A stretch of DNA of 64,000 bases from positions 288,001 through 352,000 of the forward strand of contig CAWCMR010000013.1 of NCBI GenBank assembly GCA_963796685.1. Direction: 5' to 3'. A program made the translations under genes and the position numbers. Shown here piece by piece: positions 39,528 to 50,030 of the stretch (the stretch's first letter is position 1; each line of letters begins with the position of its first letter). The notes under the pieces were generated by a model. It had not been told where the DNA came from and did no database searches. It saw only the letters and a program-made list of their open reading frames with translations. This DNA is from an uncultured delta proteobacterium. Its GTDB lineage: Bacteria > Myxococcota_A > Polyangia > Fen-1088.

Positions 39528-39965
39528 ATGAGGGTTTCCATGAACTGCGGACCAAGAGGCAACCGGCTGATGCGCAACCGGCTGGCGAGCAACCGGCTGA
39601 TGAGATGGTTGGCTGGCGTCATCGCTGGCGCGTCCTACCTGCTCATCTTTGCCTGTAATTCACCCTTCATCCCCATTCCACCGCCGAATCCTTCCTTCAC
39701 CGAGAGCGCCAGCACGCCTGGCGAGTGGGAGGTCTCGACGCCGGCCGACGCGCGTGCCGGCGGTGCGCGTTTCTATATTTACAACGGGTCGACCGGCAGT
39801 GGTCTCATTCAGCTCGCTGCACCGGATGGGTCGATGTATGCCTTTCCCCTGCAAGGGCAGGCTGGCGATCATATCCAGCTGCACTGGGAGCGCTCTGTCG
39901 CCGATGGTAGCTCGACAATATGCAGGCCACTCGGCGCCGGGCTAGTGCAGCAGAACTGCTTCTGA
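39528..39965 (+). CDS. small lipoprotein
   Basis: Hydrophobic stretch + IFA-C, PFIPIPPP. The start is uncertain (39528/39540/39570/39600). Confidence 0.65.
   Translation: MRVSMNCGPRGNRLMRNRLASNRLMRWLAGVIAGASYLLIFACNSPFIPIPPPNPSFTESASTPGEWEVSTPADARAGGARFYIYNGSTGSGLIQLAAPDGSMYAFPLQGQAGDHIQLHWERSVADGSSTICRPLGAGLVQQNCF
39559..39600 (+). repeat. 3x 15-bp-period repeat GCAACCGGCTG
   Basis: Copies at 39559, 39574 and 39589, each encoding NRL. Confidence 0.85.
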
Positions 39966-40006
39966 AGTGGCCTAACTGGCCGACGCAAGACGCGCTCTGG
40001 CTATGA

Positions 40007-40246
40007 CTAGGCCTGCGACCGGGTATCCGAGCGGGCTGGCAACACCAGATGGGCCTCAGCCGCCACCTCGGCATTGGCGGCGATGGCGAGCCCCGAGGTG
40101 GGCATGCGCTTGACCTCATCCCGTGCGATTCGCCAGGCGGCCTGGATGATCCACGACACGGACCTGTCCTGCCGAATGGCCTCTTTCTGCGTTTCCGCCA
40201 ACATGGCGGAATTGAAGTAGAGCGTGACCTTGCGTTTCTGAGACAC
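40007..40246 (-). CDS. TIGR04563-like (MXAN_4361/4362 family) small RHH-type protein
   Basis: KRKVTLYF...ML.E...EA.RQDRSVSWIIQ.AWRIAR...KRMP. Confidence 0.8.
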   Translation of the reverse strand: MSQKRKVTLYFNSAMLAETQKEAIRQDRSVSWIIQAAWRIARDEVKRMPTSGLAIAANAEVAAEAHLVLPARSDTRSQA

Positions 40247-40293
40247 GTCGCTGTTCCGATGAAAGCGCAGGGGCCGGAAAGTCCGGCTTGGGC

Positions 40294-41106
40294 CTAGCGG
40301 CTGACCTTGGCCTTGAAGGGGACGAAGAATTGGAAATTGAGACTGAAGATCCAGTTGTTCGTCCATTCCAGATCGCGGGTGTCGGTGACCGTGTCTCCGT
40401 TAACGTCCCGACCGGAGGCATTGTTCTTGTAGAGGAGATCGCGAAATTCCAGGTTCAGGGCAAGCCAGTGGGTAAGAAAGGCGTGTGCCCCCACGCCGAA
40501 ATTCCCGGTCACCTCGGTCGTGGTGAACGCCTGGCATAGCGGAGGAGAGCCGGCACAGCTCGCTGGGGTCGGATCCTTGGCAGCCAGGTTGACGATTCCA
40601 CCGCCGGCGAGAACGTAGAAATCGAAGTAGCTGAAGAGACTGCTGAGCAGGGCGATCTTGCCCGAGAGTGGAATGAACTCGACTTGCCCGAGCAGCACGT
40701 ACCCGATGTGGTTCATCGTGGCCTCTCCGTCGGCCTGGTACGGCGTCTTGATGCTCGTCTGACCGGGAGGCGTAAGGGCGCCGTAGACGTCGTTGTTGAA
40801 CGAGCTCTTCCAACCTGGCGTCACATTGAATCCGCCAACCCCGGCCAGCGAGATCCAGTCGGTGAAATGGTAGGAGAGCTTGGGCATGAGCATCAGGGCA
40901 TTGTAGAAGTCCTGCCCGATGCTCACGCCCGCGCCGACGCCGAACTCGAAGCGCTTGTCGCGCAGCTCGAGGCGCTTGCGAATGACCGGAGCGTCCGTGA
41001 GGGGGCTCTTACGTTCCTTCTCGGCGCGGGCTATGGTTGGCAGGCAGACCAGACCGCCCACGAGCAGCGCGATAACCTTCCGCATGACTTGTGTCCTTTT
41101 CATCAT
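40294..41106 (-). CDS. myxobacterial outer-membrane beta-barrel protein (Glt-type)
   Basis: Signal peptide; IRKRLEL...RFE, P..GK.ALL..YFDFY, WLALNLEFRD. Confidence 0.75.
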   Translation of the reverse strand: MMKRTQVMRKVIALLVGGLVCLPTIARAEKERKSPLTDAPVIRKRLELRDKRFEFGVGAGVSIGQDFYNALMLMPKLSYHFTDWISLAGVGGFNVTPGWKSSFNNDVYGALTPPGQTSIKTPYQADGEATMNHIGYVLLGQVEFIPLSGKIALLSSLFSYFDFYVLAGGGIVNLAAKDPTPASCAGSPPLCQAFTTTEVTGNFGVGAHAFLTHWLALNLEFRDLLYKNNASGRDVNGDTVTDTRDLEWTNNWIFSLNFQFFVPFKAKVSR

Positions 41107-41118
41107 GACGTCAACTCG

Positions 41119-42051
41119 CTAGCGGGGCGTTCGATAGGTGAAGGAGGGAGGAAGATAGAACCCGATTGAGAAGAACATCATGATGTTCTGCACGAACTGG
41201 CTCTGCGAATTCTGCGATTCCTGTTTGACCGTGGCGATATCCTCCCCGGGTTGACGGTTCTTGTACTCGAACACGTCCTTGTACATGTAGTCGCGGAACG
41301 TGAGGCTTAGGGTCAACCAGTCGAGGACGAAGAGTCTGACACCCAGGCCAACGTGTCCGACGATATCGTCGTTGGTGAAGGACTTGTCGCCGAAGGCGCG
41401 TGGGATGATCTCGGTTCTGATCATGCCGATGCCGAGGGCGAAGGTCAGATCCCAGTGCACGATCCACTTGTTGAAGAGGCCGAACTTGCCGTAGCCGGGG
41501 ACGTACCCGAAAGCGAGCGCGTAGTGGTACTTCAGCTTGTTGAGCGTGGGGACCAGGTAGTATTGCAAGCCTACCAGCGACTCACGCTCGGACAGCTCCT
41601 TGATGAAGTACTGCCCCTCGAGTCCCACAGAGAGGACGTCGGTGATGTAGTAGTTGAGATCGGCGCCGAAGGAGTAGTGGCGGATGAGCGGGTCGTTGAG
41701 GGTGATCCCCGAGAATGGAGCGAGCTCCAAACGGTGCTTCTTGAGGAAGGCTTTGCGTGGCACCACGACGATGTCCTCCCAGGACTTTCGTGGAGCCCCG
41801 GCCGCCTCGGTCGGCTTCTTGGCCTCCGGCGATTCCGCCCCGGTGACATCGCTGAAGTCCAGATCGAGTCCGGCTGTCGGATTCGTCTCTGCTGGTGCCG
41901 TGGTGTCCGCTGGAGCCGTGGTGTCCGCCGGAGCTGTTTTGTCGCCGCCAGCCTTATCAGGCGCCGCTGCCTCTGGATCTTGGGCCAGAGACACTTTTGC
42001 GACGCCTAGGTTGGCAAGAATTACGAAGAGGCCAAGGGCAAGTCGTTTCAT
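41119..42051 (-). CDS. myxobacterial outer-membrane beta-barrel protein (Glt-type)
   Basis: VVPRKAFLKKHRLELAP...LNDP, PGYGKF..IVHWD; TAPADT-like hexapeptide x3 after the signal peptide. Confidence 0.78.
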   Translation of the reverse strand: MKRLALGLFVILANLGVAKVSLAQDPEAAAPDKAGGDKTAPADTTAPADTTAPAETNPTAGLDLDFSDVTGAESPEAKKPTEAAGAPRKSWEDIVVVPRKAFLKKHRLELAPFSGITLNDPLIRHYSFGADLNYYITDVLSVGLEGQYFIKELSERESLVGLQYYLVPTLNKLKYHYALAFGYVPGYGKFGLFNKWIVHWDLTFALGIGMIRTEIIPRAFGDKSFTNDDIVGHVGLGVRLFVLDWLTLSLTFRDYMYKDVFEYKNRQPGEDIATVKQESQNSQSQFVQNIMMFFSIGFYLPPSFTYRTPR

Positions 42052-42224
42052 GCGTTTCCTTGCTTGGGGGCCGCCTTCACCCCATGACAAAAATCGCTTT
42101 GATTTCAGAGGCTTGGCTATGAAGGCAGAGCTGCGGGCAATGTAACACAGGGAATTTCTGCAAATCAACAAAATTTCAGTCGCTGTCGAATGTTTCGCTC
42201 GTCGAGAAGCTAGGGAGCCCCCTT

Positions 42225-43628
42225 CTACCCTTCTTCGACGTGATCGAACAGAGCTTCTACGAATTCTTCGGCATCGAACGCGCGCAAGTCCTCCACGCGC
42301 TCGCCGATCCCGATGTATCGAACCGGGATCCCGAGCTGGTCGGCGATGCCCAGGATCACGCCGCCTTTGGCAGTTCCGTCCAGCTTGGTCAGCACGATCC
42401 CGGTGACAGCCATGGCCTGGGTGAAGATCTGCGCCTGGGCGATGGCGTTTTGTCCGCTGGTCGCATCGATGACCAGCCAGGTCTCGTGGGGGGCGCCCTC
42501 GAGCGCTTTGCCAGCGACCCGACGGACCTTCTGCAATTCCTCCATGAGGTTGGCCTTGGTGTGTAGTCGGCCGGCCGTATCGGCGATGACCACATCCACA
42601 CCTTCACTGGTGGCGCGCTTGATGCCCTCGAAGATCACGGACGATGGGTCGCTCGCTTCCTTGCCGCGAACCACGGGGGCGCCGACCCGAGCTCCCCAGA
42701 CCTCGAGCTGCTCGGCGGCTGCGGCGCGGAAGGTGTCGCCCGCTGCGAGCATGACGGACTTTCCGTCGGCTTTCAGCTTGGAGGCCAGTTTTCCGATGGT
42801 CGTGGTCTTCCCGCTCCCATTCACGCCGATAGCGAGCAGCACAAAGGGCTTTGCTCGCGTGAAGTCGATGCTCGGGGCCTCGACGCGGAGGAATTCGGTG
42901 CTGCGCTTGCGCAGGTAATCCCAGACTGCATGAGGGTCCGCCAGCTCGCGCTTGTCGAGCGAAACCCGGATCTCCTCGAGCAGCTTCTGGCTGGTGCGGA
43001 CGCCGATGTCCGCGGTGAGCAGCACCTTCTCGATCTCCTCGACCAGGGAGGGGTCGATTTCGCGCTTGCCCACGAAGAGCCGTCCCAGCCTTGAAACCCA
43101 ACCCGCCCGGGTGCGGGCGAGGCCAGGCGAAAGTGCAGCGGCGTCGCGGGCCTTGGGGCGGGCCGCGGGCTGCGAGGCGCGTGGCTTTTCGGTTGGAAGC
43201 GGGTACTTGAGAAGAGCGGCCGGTGATCGTTGTTCCGACGGCTCGACGCGAGTTGGGGGAGGCGATTCGGGAGGGACGGAGGTCGGCTGCGGGGCTTCTT
43301 TGACGGTTTCGACCGGGGTTGGCTTGGCGGCCGCCGCCTCTGCTTGCTCGACGCGGGCCGAGAGAGGCGAAGAGGGGGCTTTTCCCTCCTCTGTGACCGC
43401 TGGCGCGGGCGAGGGCGAGGGGGCTTCCGGCTCGACGTCCTCGGCTCGAAGAGCGGCTCTCTTGGGCTTGGCGCTGACCTGTGGTCGATCCTCACCGGCC
43501 TCGTCGATCTGCCGTTGCCGGCTCTTGCGCGCTCGCCGAATCGCGTAGATGAGCAGCAGGATCGCCGCGACAAAACCGCCTGCAATGATAGCTGCCGTGA
43601 GTAGGTCCGGGCTCGATCCCCCTTCCAT
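42225..43628 (-). CDS. ftsY: signal recognition particle receptor FtsY with N-terminal TM anchor
   Basis: [39 protein letters not shown]. Confidence 0.96.
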   Translation of the reverse strand: MEGGSSPDLLTAAIIAGGFVAAILLLIYAIRRARKSRQRQIDEAGEDRPQVSAKPKRAALRAEDVEPEAPSPSPAPAVTEEGKAPSSPLSARVEQAEAAAAKPTPVETVKEAPQPTSVPPESPPPTRVEPSEQRSPAALLKYPLPTEKPRASQPAARPKARDAAALSPGLARTRAGWVSRLGRLFVGKREIDPSLVEEIEKVLLTADIGVRTSQKLLEEIRVSLDKRELADPHAVWDYLRKRSTEFLRVEAPSIDFTRAKPFVLLAIGVNGSGKTTTIGKLASKLKADGKSVMLAAGDTFRAAAAEQLEVWGARVGAPVVRGKEASDPSSVIFEGIKRATSEGVDVVIADTAGRLHTKANLMEELQKVRRVAGKALEGAPHETWLVIDATSGQNAIAQAQIFTQAMAVTGIVLTKLDGTAKGGVILGIADQLGIPVRYIGIGERVEDLRAFDAEEFVEALFDHVEEG

Positions 43629-43813
43629 GGGTCGGGGACCTTAACAGGGTCGCGGCGAAACTTGCGATCTTTTTGATATTTCCGGGAATGGTGGCAGAGA
43701 ATCAGTCCATGAGGTGACAAAGGCTTTACAAGTCTGGGTGCCCAATGGTACCAATCTGGGGTCACGAAGTGGCTAGTATGGTCACGTAATGTCACGCCAC
43801 CAGGTGGTGCTCG

Positions 43814-46800
43814 ATGCGGATAAAGCGGCTCGAAATCTGTGGGTTCAAGTCATTCGTCGATCGGACGGTCCTTACGTTCGACGATCCTATCACAGGCGTG
43901 GTGGGGCCGAATGGGTGCGGCAAGTCGAACATCGTCGATGCGATTCGATGGGTCATGGGCGAGCAGTCCGCCAAGCACCTGCGCGGGCGAGCCATGGAAG
44001 ATGTCATCTTCAGTGGCTCCGAGTCGCGCGGCCCGGCGGGACTCGCCGAAGTGTCTATTACCTTTGATACGGCAGCGCTCCCGGGCGATGTCGCCCCCGG
44101 TGGCGTGCCTTGGGGAGCGGCGGGACCCGCGGACGTGGTGGTCACCCGTCGCCTCTACCGCGGCGGCGAGAGTGAGTACCTCCTCGGCGGCGTCCCCTGT
44201 CGCCTACGCGATATCGTCGAGTTCTTTCTGGGGACCGGGGTCGGCTCCAAGGCCTACGCCATCATCGAGCAGGGACGCATCGGATTCATCGTCTCGTCAC
44301 GCCCCGAGGATCGGCGCACGCTTATTGATGAAGCCGCGGGCATCACCAAGTACAAGGCCAAGAAGAAGGTGGCCGAACGCCGCATGGAGGCCACCCGCCA
44401 GCACCTGCTGCGCGTGACGGACATCATCGGCGAGATCGAAACCAGACTGCGCTCTCTGAAGTTGCAAGCGCAGAAGGCCGAGCGCTACAAGCGCTACAAG
44501 GCCGAGCTCAAGGATCTCGAGCTCGGCCTGGCCACGCAAAAGCACCTCGGCCTCCTGGCCGAGCAGAAGTACCTCGTCGCGGCCCATGCGGCCTTGCAAA
44601 CGCAGCACGCCGATGAAACCGGATCCTTGGTCGCCGAGGAGGCCAGCGTCGAAGCCGAACGTTTGGCGTTGGCGGAAGATCTCGCCGAGCTCTCCAAGGC
44701 CAAGGAAGAGCTCTTCGCGCTCGACAACAAGGCGCAATTGTCCGCCCAGCGCGCGGAGCACTACCAGGACGAGTCGGCGATGCTGGTCGTGCGCGCCGAG
44801 CACGCTCGCAAGGAAAGCGATGCGCTCGCCCAGCGCGCGGAACAGAACACGGAGACGCTCGCCAGCACCGAAGGCCAGGTGGCCATGCTGGACGCGGAGG
44901 CGGAGGCCCGCATTCACGCCTTGGAGGCGATGGAGCAAACCTGCGCGGAGGCCAAGAGCGAATTGGCCACGGCGCGAAGGCAGCTCGATCAGGCCGTGGC
45001 GGGCGCGGGTGCCGCGCGAACACGCATCGCTCGCTTGGAATCCGATGTCGAGTCGGCGCGCGTGCGTGCCGAGGATTTGGCCCGCCGGCTGGAAGAGCTC
45101 TTGCGCGACGAGGCCGCGTCCAGCGAGGCCCTCGTGCGCATGACCGGCGAGGCGGCCGAGGCGGGCGAGCGGGCGGGCGAGCTGCAGGCGCGCGCCGAGG
45201 TGCTTGTCGACAAGAAAGCGCAGTACGAGAACCAGGCCTCCACCTTGCGCGGCGAGGTTGCCCGGGGGGAGATTCGAGCTCGAAACCTTGCGCGAGGAAG
45301 CGCACCGGCGGCGCTCGCGGTTGCAGTCCCTGGCCGAGATCCAGGAGCGCTACGAGAGCTTCCAGCGGGGCGTTCGCGCCATCATGCAGAAGGTCCGCGA
45401 GTTCAGTGCCTTGCCCGCGAGCGAGCAGGACGGCGATGGGGTGGGCGGGAGCAGGACGTGGACGACGCAAGGGGTGCGCGGTCTGGTGGCCGATATCGTG
45501 CAGCCGCCGCCGGAGCTGGAAACCGCGCTCGAAGCCGTGCTGGGCGAGCGGCTTGGCAACATCATCGTCGAATCCCACGAGGTCGGCGTCGAGGCCATCG
45601 ACTTTCTCAAGGCGCAAAGCGAGGGGCGATCCAGCTTCATCCCCCTGTCGCTGCGTGCGTCGGGGCCGACAGGCGCGGTCGTGTACGATGCCACGGGCGG
45701 CGAGGCGATCGAGGCCACCACCATGGTCCCGGTGCCCGTCGAGTGGCCGAGCGGCGCGGGCGTGCGCGGGCCGATGCTCGAGCTCATCGGGTTCGACCGG
45801 CACTACGATCGGATTGCCAGCTATCTGCTCGGCGATGTCATCGTGGTCGAGGATCTGCGCAAGGCCCTGGAGCTTTGGCGGCAGACCAAGACGCAGAAGA
45901 CGCTGGTGACCCTGGATGGCGAAGTCATCGACCCCCACGGCGTCGTGACCGGCGGCTCGCGCGAGTCGGCGGTGGCCGGCGTGCTCTCGCAGAAGCGCGA
46001 GATGCGCGAGCTCGAAGAGATCGTGGCCCGTCTCGATCAGGACTACAAGGCGACCCTCGATCGCCATGTCGGCAACAAACAGGCACTGGCCGAGACCGTC
46101 ACCGCGCTCGACGAAACCGTCGCTGCCATGCGCCGCGACGAGCTCGAGCTGGCTGCCCACAAGAAAGACGCCGATCGTCTGGCGCGCGAGCAGATCCAAG
46201 TGGAAGCCCGCCGGGTTCAGCTGGCGAACACCATCGAGAGCCTGCGAACCTCGACAAGCCAGAACCAGGCTCGCATCGAGGACGCCACCTCGCAACTCGC
46301 GACGGAACAAGAAGCGGCCCAGGAGCACGAGAGCCGAGGCGAAGGGCTGCGCGCGCAGGTCGACGCCCTTGCCGAGAAGGTCGACGGTTTGCTGGCCGAG
46401 CTTTCCACCGTGAATGTGGCCGCCGCGCAGGCCGGCGATCGCAAGCGCATGGCGCGCGAAAGCGTGGAACGGCTGCGCCGGGAGATCGCCGATTCGCAGA
46501 CCAAGTGCGCACAGCTCGACGAGGACGCGTCGAGGGATCTGGCCCGCGCCGAATCGTTGCGCACCCAGGCGGAGGAGCTTCGCCAAGAGGCCTCGTTGCT
46601 CCAGTCCGAGCTTGCCGAGCGTTCGCGCGCCTACGGTGAACGCCAGGGCGCGAGCGAGGAACGCAGCGGCGCGCTCGCTCGGCGCGATGCCGATCTCAAG
46701 GCCGTTCGCTCGCACGTGGCCCGACTGGCTCAAGAGCTTCGGCTCCCTCGACTTGCGCTGCCAACAGGTTGCGATGCGCATCGACGGGCTGGACGAGCAG

Positions 46801-47607
46801 ATCCGCGACCGCTACCCCGAGATCGCCAAGGTGGCCGATGTCGTGACCGACTTCCACTTGCGCCCGCTTTCCGGCGAGATCGAAGAGGGCCGCGTACGCG
46901 AGCTGCGCGGCTTGGTCGAGCGCATGGGGGACATCAATCTGACCGCCATCGAGGAGTCCGCCGAGCTGCAGCAGCGCTACGACTTCTTGACCACGCAGAA
47001 GGCGGATCTCGAATCCGCCATGAGCAGACTCGAGACCGCCATCGACAAGATCAACCGCGCATCGCGCAAACGCTTCCGCGACGTCTTCGACACCGTCAAT
47101 GCCAAGTTCCAGGAGGTTTTTCCGCACCTCTTCGGCGGTGGCAAGGCCCACCTGGCGTTGACCGACGAGAGCGATCTCCTCGAGACGGGCGTGGAGATAG
47201 TGGCCAACCCGCCGGGCAAGAAGATGCTTCAGAACATCGAGCTGCTCTCGGGCGGCGAAAAGGCGCTGACCGCGGTCTCCCTGCTCTTCGCGATCTTCCT
47301 GGTCAAACCCTCGCCGTTCTGCGTGCTCGACGAAGTGGATGCTCCGCTCGATGAGGCCAACGTGGGCCGCTTCAACCACGCCGTTCGCGAGATGACGGAC
47401 CAATCGCAATTCATCATCGTGACGCACAACCAACGCACCATGGAGATCGCGGATCGCCTGTGCGGCATCACCATGGAAGAGTCCGGCGTGTCCAAGCTGG
47501 TGGCCGTCAACCTGCGCGACAGAAGGCGGGCGCCAGCCCCTGCCGAACCTCCGCAATCCATGCTGCCGCCCGACGGCGCCTCTCTTGGACAACCCGCGTC
47601 GGCGTGA
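43814..47607 (+). CDS. smc: chromosome segregation protein SMC (two apparent +1 indels, ~45273 and ~46738)
   Basis: GFKSF, GPNGCGKSN; hinge (GRSSFIPL, VTLDGE..GVVTGG); LSGGEK, LDEVDAPLD, VTHN. Spread across three reading frames. Confidence 0.93.
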
Positions 47608-47668
47608 TGGCAGGTCCGAGTCGCAGAGCCTTTTTCGATCGCCGAGCCCTCCAATCCATCACGCGGGG

Positions 47669-47697
47669 TTGACGGCCCCTGACTCTCTCAATACACT
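47669..47697 (+). promoter_or_regulatory. sigma70-type promoter of the ferredoxin gene
   Basis: TTGACG-17nt-TACACT. Confidence 0.65.
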
Positions 47698-47756
47698 CAC
47701 CAGGTTTTTGACGGGCTCCGCGTTCGCGGTCAAACCGTCGCTTTGAAAGGAGCAAC

Positions 47757-48062
47757 ATGGCTACCCACATTACCGACGAATGCATCAACTGCGGCGCTTG
47801 CGAGCCCGAGTGCCCCAACGACGCCATCAGCGAAGGCGACAGCCTCTACGTCATCGACGCCGCTCGATGCAGCGAGTGCGTCGGCTTCTTCGATCACGAG
47901 GCTTGCCAGTCCGTTTGTCCGGTCGAGTGCTGCGTGCCTGACCCGAACAACAAGGAAACCGAAGAGGCCTTGCTTGCCCGCGCCAAGCAACTTCACCCGG
48001 ACAAGAGTCTGCCCGACTTGGCGGCCCTGCCGGCGAATCTATCTCGCTTTCGCAAGGCCTAA
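47757..48062 (+). CDS. YfhL-family 2x[4Fe-4S] ferredoxin
   Basis: [12 protein letters not shown] and [16 protein letters not shown]; SD AAGGAG. Confidence 0.92.
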   Translation: MATHITDECINCGACEPECPNDAISEGDSLYVIDAARCSECVGFFDHEACQSVCPVECCVPDPNNKETEEALLARAKQLHPDKSLPDLAALPANLSRFRKA

Positions 48063-48101
48063 CAGCCACCGTTCCATGGGGCTTTGAAACCGGTTATCGG
48101 T

Positions 48102-49001
48102 TCAGAGCCCTTGTTCGTTGCTCGGCAAGCGATCCGGATACGTTTCCACACGGTGGAGCCGCGCCAGCTTGCTCGTGTATTCCAGGAACTGCTGACGCGG
48201 CCAGTGCTCGAAGAATCCGGCTTCCAACTTGCCGCGGGCTTGCTCGAAGCTGATGTCTTCCGGCGGGCGCTCGCCTATGTAGCGCGCGATGAAGCCTCCG
48301 TCGGCGTCCACCACGAGCGGTGTCGTGTCTCCGGGAGCGTGCAACTTGGCGACCTCGGTGCCAACCGCCTTCGACAGTGGCGTGTCGGTACTCTGAAACA
48401 TGTGCCTGAAGGTGACGTGTCGGCTGGACCACTTCGGATCGCGCGCCAAGGCAGAAAATTCATTCAGTGTCTTGGCGGGATGGTCCTTCAGGAACTGGGC
48501 CAGCTCCTTGGCTGTTTGCTCGCGCGGCTCCCTTAATTGCTCGGGCATCGTGGCGCCGGTGTAGACCGCCAGGACCCCGATCTCGACCAGCCTGGGATGA
48601 ACGAAGGTGTCCCGGACGCGATTGTAAAGTGGCAGTAGGTCGCTGTCGGGGATGGCCTCGGGACGGAGGTTGGGTTCCAGGCTCTTCTCCAGCAAACGCT
48701 GAACCAGGGCACTTCGCACGTCCGGATCCGAGAAACCGGCAAGGCGGTATTCGCGCTTGCGTGCGGCTTCGGCGAGAAGATTGGAGTCGATCAGAGCTTC
48801 CAGGGCCGAGCGGACGGGAATGCCCATCTCGAGGGCCCGGGCCTCGACCTGCTTGGCGAAGATTGGAACCTCTCCGACCCGGGCCACCACCGCGCCCAGA
48901 TCGGGCGACGGCGCAGGGGTCCATTCGCTTTCGGCAATTTGCCTCGGCGAGGAGCAATTCGCGAACGCGAGCGCGACGAGAAATGGGGTGCGGCGGCGCA
49001 C
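48102..49001 (-). CDS. SurA/PpiC-like chaperone lipoprotein
   Basis: Lipobox FAN-C; VVARVGEVPI, LEALID..LLAEAARK, SFEQAR. Confidence 0.65.
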   Translation of the reverse strand: MRRRTPFLVALAFANCSSPRQIAESEWTPAPSPDLGAVVARVGEVPIFAKQVEARALEMGIPVRSALEALIDSNLLAEAARKREYRLAGFSDPDVRSALVQRLLEKSLEPNLRPEAIPDSDLLPLYNRVRDTFVHPRLVEIGVLAVYTGATMPEQLREPREQTAKELAQFLKDHPAKTLNEFSALARDPKWSSRHVTFRHMFQSTDTPLSKAVGTEVAKLHAPGDTTPLVVDADGGFIARYIGERPPEDISFEQARGKLEAGFFEHWPRQQFLEYTSKLARLHRVETYPDRLPSNEQGL

Positions 49002-49084
49002 GCACCGATGGTACCAGAATCAACGATTCGGCGGGCTGCCAAGCATGGATATCTCGCTGGTTCGCTGCTAGTGTCCGGCCCCCG

Positions 49085-49771
49085 ATGAGCTCAAGAATGG
49101 CACCCTATTTCGTGGTCGCGATCGACGGTCCAGCAGGGGCTGGCAAGTCGACGGTGGCCCGAGCCTTGGCGAACCGCCTTGGCTACACCTTCCTCGACAC
49201 GGGTGCGTTGTACCGAACCGTCGCGCTCGTGGCCAAACGCAGACAGATCTCGTGGGCTGACGGTCCGCAATTGGGTGCGCTGGCCAAGAACCTGGGAATC
49301 GTCTTCACGCAGGGTGTGGAGCGACCTCGCATCATGGCCGACTCGGAGGATGTCACCGACGAGATTCGCAGGCCCGAGATCTCCGAAGGCGCATCGCAGG
49401 TGTCCGCGCTACCCGAGGTGCGTGCGGGGCTGCTCGACATGCAGCGGCGGGTTGCGAGTCGGGCCAATGTCGTGGCCGAGGGGCGGGATGTTGGCACCGT
49501 GGTGTTCCCGGCGGCACAGGCCAAGTTCTTTCTCGTCGCCAATCCCGAAATCCGGGCGCGGCGGCGGACCATGGAATTGCAGGCTGCTGGCCGGGCGGCT
49601 GTTTTCGCCGATGTCCTGGCGGAGATGCAAACCCGGGACGCGCGCGACAGCGGCCGAGCCGTGGCTCCGCTGCGCCGTGCCGACGATGCGGTGGAAATCG
49701 ATTCATCTCTGGCCACCCCCGATGAGGTTCTCGAACGCATGATTGCCATTATTCGTGCACGGGGCGGCTAA
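49085..49771 (+). CDS. cmk: cytidylate kinase
   Basis: AIDGPAGAGKST, DTGALYR, EGRDVGTVVFP, RDARD..R.VAPL. The start could instead be 49097. Confidence 0.96.
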   Translation: MSSRMAPYFVVAIDGPAGAGKSTVARALANRLGYTFLDTGALYRTVALVAKRRQISWADGPQLGALAKNLGIVFTQGVERPRIMADSEDVTDEIRRPEISEGASQVSALPEVRAGLLDMQRRVASRANVVAEGRDVGTVVFPAAQAKFFLVANPEIRARRRTMELQAAGRAAVFADVLAEMQTRDARDSGRAVAPLRRADDAVEIDSSLATPDEVLERMIAIIRARGG

Positions 49772-49818
49772 TCCGAGCGCATCGCATTAATTGGGAACCG
49801 CAACGCCCATCGATAACG

Positions 49819-49991
49819 TCTAAGGAAGCCAGGAAAGCAGGAGAGAACAATCCGTGCTGCGGTGGTTCTCTCCGGGCCACCGGATGTGAGCACGGGCTGA
49901 TCTTGAACTTCGCCAAGCCAACGCTCGAAATGGAGCGCGTCACTGTCCATTCCGCCCAATCCTGGCTTCCTGGTTTCCTGGCTTCCTCAGA
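49819..49991 (+). pseudogene. GxxExxY-protein C-terminal remnant between inverted 8-bp-period repeats (MITE-like)
   Basis: 49870-49941 translates LRATGCEHGLILNFAKPTLEMERV; 24-bp inverted repeats 49819-49842 / 49968-49991 (22/24 match). Confidence 0.65.
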
Positions 49992-50030
49992 GGCGTCTTC
50001 GCCGTCGTGGTCGACGGCAATTACAACCGG

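Noticed and set aside
43741-43810. NrdR-box-like palindromes upstream of smc
   Set aside because: Half-site spacing does not fit the NrdR consensus.
45261-45276. Programmed frameshift or phase variation at the G6 run in smc
   Set aside because: Removing the adjacent T gives a better coiled-coil sequence, and four other unrelated indels nearby point to assembly error.
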